A stretch of 63,938 bases of DNA, filler included, from Vezdaea acicularis (Eukaryota): the NCBI GenBank assembly GCA_026025075.1. It is 3 parts of 3 records of this genome, joined end to end, with 100 filler letters (N's around TTAATTAATTAA, not from the genome) between each part and the next. Parts side by side here need not be neighbours in the genome. Positions count along the whole stretch, not along the records: positions 57,868 to 63,938 come from JAPEUI010000288.1; 2 more parts are not named here. One strand, given 5' to 3'. Below the pieces are notes generated by a model. That model saw only the letters and a program-made list of their open reading frames with translations, searched no databases and had not been told where the DNA came from. Below, one piece after another: positions 58,893 through 63,938 of the stretch. How positions within the stretch are numbered: position 1 is the stretch's first letter; the number at the start of each line of letters is the position of its first letter. A program made the translations under genes and the position numbers.

Positions 58893-61800
58893 ATGTCACA
58901 GGTTCACCAACACTCAAGCGAGCTGGACTCACGAGAGGCCGACAAATTCTACTCGGAGGACCGACGTGCAGCAGGCCAAGACGTCCGACAGTCGTCAAAC
59001 AGTGACAACTCATCGAGAGAGCAGGCATCTCATAACGACTACCTTTCACAACGGTCTCAGCGCAAGCCAAATCCCAGTCCTCTGCAGACCATCGAGAGTT
59101 CGCACTCGCCCTCAAATACGAGCACGAGCTCGACCTCCGACGCCGTACAGAACCACTCTTTCCCTAAGCCGCCTGGCAGCAATAAATTCTCCTCGAGGGC
59201 CATCTATCTCAGCAATTCCAGTGGCCAGGATCAACCTCGTTCCCCGCGCGAACGGCTGGATGCTCTCCTGGCTTCAGAGAGCTCTCACTACGACGTACCG
59301 GCGCCGTTGAAGGCTTCGAAGCCTGCCGCTGACAAACGGCAATTTTCCGACAGCACTTCTTCATCGGCGACTCCTTCGCATGGGCAATCACGTAACGTCT
59401 CGTCCCCTATCCCTTCATCAGCAAAAGAGTCCGACTCCCCGCCAAGCCCTTCGTTCAACATGACTGCCGCCGACATGCCTCCGCCTAGTCTCCCTGCCAC
59501 CCGATCCGTACCTCGCAACTCCTCCATGGACTCCGCGATATCAACTTCATCCTCTCATGGTGTGAAGAGCTCGCAGGACCTCGGAGCGTCTCCAGCAGAT
59601 GTCGCCAAGGTCATCGCGGCCGCTGGTTCGGCGGACGCTGCATTGACGCAACTGCTCAAAGACAGAATCACGATGAAGAAAGAGAATGCACAGCTCTGGC
59701 GACTGGTCGAGAAGCAGCGCACGATGATGTTGGGTCTGAACAAAGACTTGGAACGAGCCTACAAGGACAGGGATCGGTACCGCAAAAAGCTGAAGGAGCA
59801 TTTGGCTCAGGAACCGCCTATGACATCCGTCCCAGGTCAAGGCGACGGAATGGAAGACGGTGCATTTACCGAGGGGATCGCGAACGAAAAATCAGCCGAG
59901 GATAATCCGGCTGCTCGGAGAGCGGCTTCCAATGTCGTACCACTGTCTCATGGCAATCTTGGCGATTTTTTGCAAGGGTCCACAACACCCACGGAACCGC
60001 CTCCAGATATCACGAATCTACAGAAAGAGAGAAGCGTCCCGCACGTGTCCGCCAGGTCTGAGGCTCAGGCGAAGTCTGCGCCCTCGGCGAAGAACCGTGA
60101 CATGACAATCGATGTCGAGAAGAGTGAGCGGATCGGCCCTCGTCTGAAGCCTCTCGGAAGTGCGCAGAGCGCCAAAGGGGGAAGTGCGTCTTCCCCCAAG
60201 AGCTTTGCTGCAGCACGCGCGGCAACCTCTCATCATGCCAATAGCTCGATTTCATCCCAACTTTCTGGTGCCGTGCCCTCGCCACCACCACGAAAACCAC
60301 CGCCAGCTCCTCTAAATCTGCCCTCATCCGCCAAATCTCCCCCACCGCCGTCATCTGCAAAGCCCGCACTTGAAGACTCCGACTCCGAATATGATGTTGA
60401 CGAAGTTGCCGAGATTCCTGAATCCTCGTTCGAGCGTGGCCGGAGGAAAACCCGGGAAGAAGATGATAGGCTTCGCGAATTAGCCCTGCTCAGGGAACAG
60501 GAAGCTCGGAGCCGTTCAAAGAAAGAGAAGAAGAGCAAGTCGAAGTCTGCTACTCCAAAGTCAAAGGATGTGACGCCTGTCGAGCTGCAATCGCTCCCAG
60601 CAGAACTCCCGGTTAAGAAGCACGCGGTCCCCATCGCGCCTCCAGCAAACTTGGGGAAACTGGGCCCAGAGGTCTCTCTTGCTTCGGTCCTAAGCAAGAG
60701 CTCAAAGGCGAATCCGATGACCGCCCAGAGATTTATTGACGCCCCACAGATGAGTCCTGGATTGCCGATGAGCCCTCGTCCAGGTGACAGGGCTCTCAAT
60801 TCTCCCATGCCACGTATGCCAAAGCAAGGCATCAATATAAGCAATCTGGCCTCCCCACCCTTATCGCCGCCGAGTAATTTACACCCAGGTGGTGGACCGC
60901 TTTCACCGCGGGGCCCCCAGCAGCCGTTCCCTCTGCCTCCTAACACTCCCATGTCCATGGCGTCCCCAGGAATGTATCGCCCTGAGGTGCCACCCCCATC
61001 GAACCAGAACCTCGGCCATGACCTCCCTAATATCCTCAATGCCCAATTCAGGCCGATCTACCAAGGCCTCAAATCCGATCAGTACCCGGATCTGTTACTC
61101 CCTCCCAATGCCCTCCCCTCCGTTGCCGTGAAAGTTTCCTCCTCTCGCCTAAAGCCATCCCGAGCCAGCTTCATCGTAGGAAGGCCGAAGCCCGCTGAAG
61201 AGGAGAATGTGTTCACTCTTGGTGTCTATGCTCGCTCTGACAAGAAGGAGCTCTGGAGAGTTGAGAAAGACATCATGTCGTTACCTCAACTGGATCAACA
61301 ACTCAGGCAAGTGGCCAACCTCTCGGCCAAGTTGCCCGAACGAAATCTGTTCAATGGCCACGCTCCAGCTAAGATCGATGCGCGGCGTGCGGCATTGGAT
61401 CAGTACTTTGATGCCATCTTGGAGACTCATTTGGACGAGAAGGCCGCTCTCTATGTATGCCACTTCCTCTCGACCGATGCGATTGAGCCGCAAGTAGAGT
61501 TCGCGGGCGGTGCTGTAGAATCGGTTAGCGAAGACACGTCGTCATCGATCAGGCAAAGCAGCAAGCGGACGAAAGAGGGCTACCTTACCAAGAAGGGCAA
61601 GAACTTCGGGGGGTGGAAAGCCCGCTACTTCTACCTCGACGGCCCGCTGCTGAGGTACTACGAGGGTCAGGGAGGACCACATCTCGGAACCATCAAGCTC
61701 CAGAATGCTCAAATCGGCCGAGTGTCCGATCAGATGGCAAATGGCTCTCCGCCAAGGCCGGGCGATGATCTCGACGATCAATTCAGGCATGCTTTTCTGA

Positions 61801-63469
61801 TTCTGGAGCCAAAGAGAAAGGACTCAAACAGCCTGGTCCGACATGTCCTGTGCGCAGAGAATGACGCCGAGCGTGACGAATGGGTCGACGCCCTCGTACA
61901 GTACATCGACTACCATTCTTCTGAAGAGGAAGACTCCCCTTCGAGTGTGAAGCCGCATCACCGGGAAACTTCCAAGAGCAACGGACTCAGCAACCTCAAA
62001 TTATTTGGCAGAAAGGGGAGCAAAGACCTGGACAGCCCAAGATCTCCAAAACCAGAAGCGGAGAGTCTGCGTGGTCTTAGCTATGATGAGGCGGTCCAAG
62101 CCGAGGCACCAAAGACTGGCGGTATAACATCAGCCAAGCGTAATGAAGAGACTCCATCACCACCTGCGATATCTGGCCCCACGAATGGTGCAAAGATTGA
62201 AGATGCTGAGGCCTGGGGTAACAAGACGCCTCTCGAGAAGAAAGATCACAAGAAGCGTGGACTATGGGGGTTGAGAGGCCGCCCGTCCTCCGAGATGCAT
62301 GTGCAATCAGCTGGAGGATCGCAATCAAGCCTCGGTCAATCTACGAATTCTGAGCGCCCTGGCCCTGTCTTGGCGGTCTTTGGTGCTCCATTAGGAGAAG
62401 CTTCTGAACACTGCAGACCATACGGCGTTGATACTTATCTTCCTGCTGTGGTGTATCGCTCAATCGAGTATCTCGAAGCTAAGAACGCCTCCTCTGAAGA
62501 GGGTATCTTTAGGCTCAGTGGCTCGAACACCCTCATCAAATCGCTCCGGGAGCGATTCAACACGGAGGGCGACGTTAACTTGGTTGCTGAGGATCACTAC
62601 ACTGATGTACACGCAGTTGCATCACTACTGAAGCTTTACTTGCGCGAGCTTCCGTCTACAATTCTCACTCGAGAACTCCATCTCGACTTCCTACACGTCC
62701 TTGAGCTTAGCGACAGAGACACCAAACTGGCCACTCTCAACACGCTGGTCCATCGTCTTCCAAAAGCCAATTGGTGGCTCCTTCGTGCCCTCTCTGCATT
62801 CCTGCTGAGCATCATCAACAACAGTAATGTCAACAAGATGACCGATCGCAACGTTGGCATCGTCTTCTCGCCTACTCTCAACATCCCTCAACCCGTCTTC
62901 TCCTTGTTCCTCACGGACTTCTCATCCATCTTTGGCCAAGACCCGGATGACTTTATCCCTTCGCCTGACGCAGATGTCTCGCCAACTCCCTCGCCGCTTA
63001 CACCCGAAGATATCCGTTCTCCTCGCAAGCAGATGTTCCAGGAACTCCCAACTCCAATGCTGCCTCCAACACCTATGAACTTTCCAACGTCTCCACGGTA
63101 TATCCCCAAGGAAGGACTTTTACAGAGCCCGAGTCCCTATCAGACGGGATTCATTCCTCTGCAGCCGAGTTACAAACAGCCTGGAGGGTATGTGAGGCAG
63201 GCTCCGATCACTCAAGTATCATCCAATGGCCCCGAATATGGCAGCCTGAACGGCGCACTAGCTCCATCCACAGAGCAGCAGCCGATGAGCAAGGCAAAGA
63301 GAAGAGAGAGCTCCATGCTCATGCTGGCGCTGGGCGGACAGCGGAAGGGGGGCATGCCCCAGCTCGCGGAAGGCCAAGGTAAGATATCACCTGATGTTAC
63401 ATCTTCAACTCTCAATATATACTAACGGGATTCCCAGAATCCGCTGCTAATGACATTGGTTTCCACTGA
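58893..63469 (+). CDS. BEM3: Rho GTPase-activating protein with coiled-coil, PX, PH and RhoGAP domains (Bem3-like), 2 exons
   Basis: ENAQLWRLVEKQR coil; PX-like LWRVEKD..LP..F.GHAPAKIDARRAAL; PH KEGYLTKKGKNFGGWKARYF; GAP EEGIFRLSGS, VASLLKLYLRELP, NKMT.RNVGIVFSPTL; final intron gtaaga..ctaac..cag then ESAANDIGFH*. Confidence 0.9.
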
Positions 63470-63938
63470 GACCACACGTTTCGGCACAAGCCGACTTCAT
63501 TTCTTGTACATATGCATTTTGAGCCGCCACGAGCGACGTTCACATCACATCGTTCTTCATACTCCAGCATTTCTTCTCAGCAGCCCCCAACTTTGTTTTA
63601 TAAGCAGAAGCATCCACGGCGACGAAAAATACCGCGTTCCGCACCTCATAATGGTGTTTTTCCTTTGTTCTCCACCTTTTGTAAGGCGGGAAAAGGGAGG
63701 GCTAAAGACATTCGATATAATGCCTACCATCTACCGCCCTTTGCTTGCACCATAGAATCGCCAACACCTTTCTTCATGTACGCCCTTGGTGATTTCCAGC
63801 TCTTTTTTTTTTCCACATTCTATTGATCATCTCCTCTTTGATTGGAAACGTGCGTGCTTGAGGTTCTGCGAGCGATGATACCTGGGCGGGCCCTGCACTG
63901 CTTTTACGCTTGTAACCTCATCTTGACCTGGCCTGACC

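Overview
Eukaryotic nuclear DNA from a filamentous ascomycete (Pezizomycotina-like: short GT-AG introns with CTAAC/CTGAC/CTAAT branch sites and fungal gene families). Two artificial 100-bp linkers (44 N + TTAATTAATTAA + 44 N) split it into three contigs (1-28837, 28938-57767, 57868-63938), so adjacency across them is unproven. About 27 protein-coding genes are supported, mostly housekeeping: a bZIP factor, a DUF3020-like protein, SWP1, an arabinitol dehydrogenase-like SDR, DPH2, IKS1 kinase, JIP5, PPZ phosphatase, an AA7/BBE-like oxidase, Ydc2/Cce1 resolvase, glutathione reductase, RPS30, a CREG-like protein, MED5, NADP-GDH, an FLC/TRP-like protein and a PX-PH-RhoGAP, plus secreted proteins and orphans. 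I recognised no tRNA, rRNA, CRISPR array or intact transposon. The most interesting signals are (1) a PTH11-like 7-TM receptor domain fused in frame to a FucP-type sugar transporter and interrupted by one in-frame TAA; (2) a divergent spliced gene whose N-terminal domain has PemK/MazF-like motif spacing and a C-terminal membrane anchor; (3) an AUG-less, in-frame mitochondrial-type presequence upstream of glutathione reductase. All family calls come from motif recognition by eye; no searches were run.
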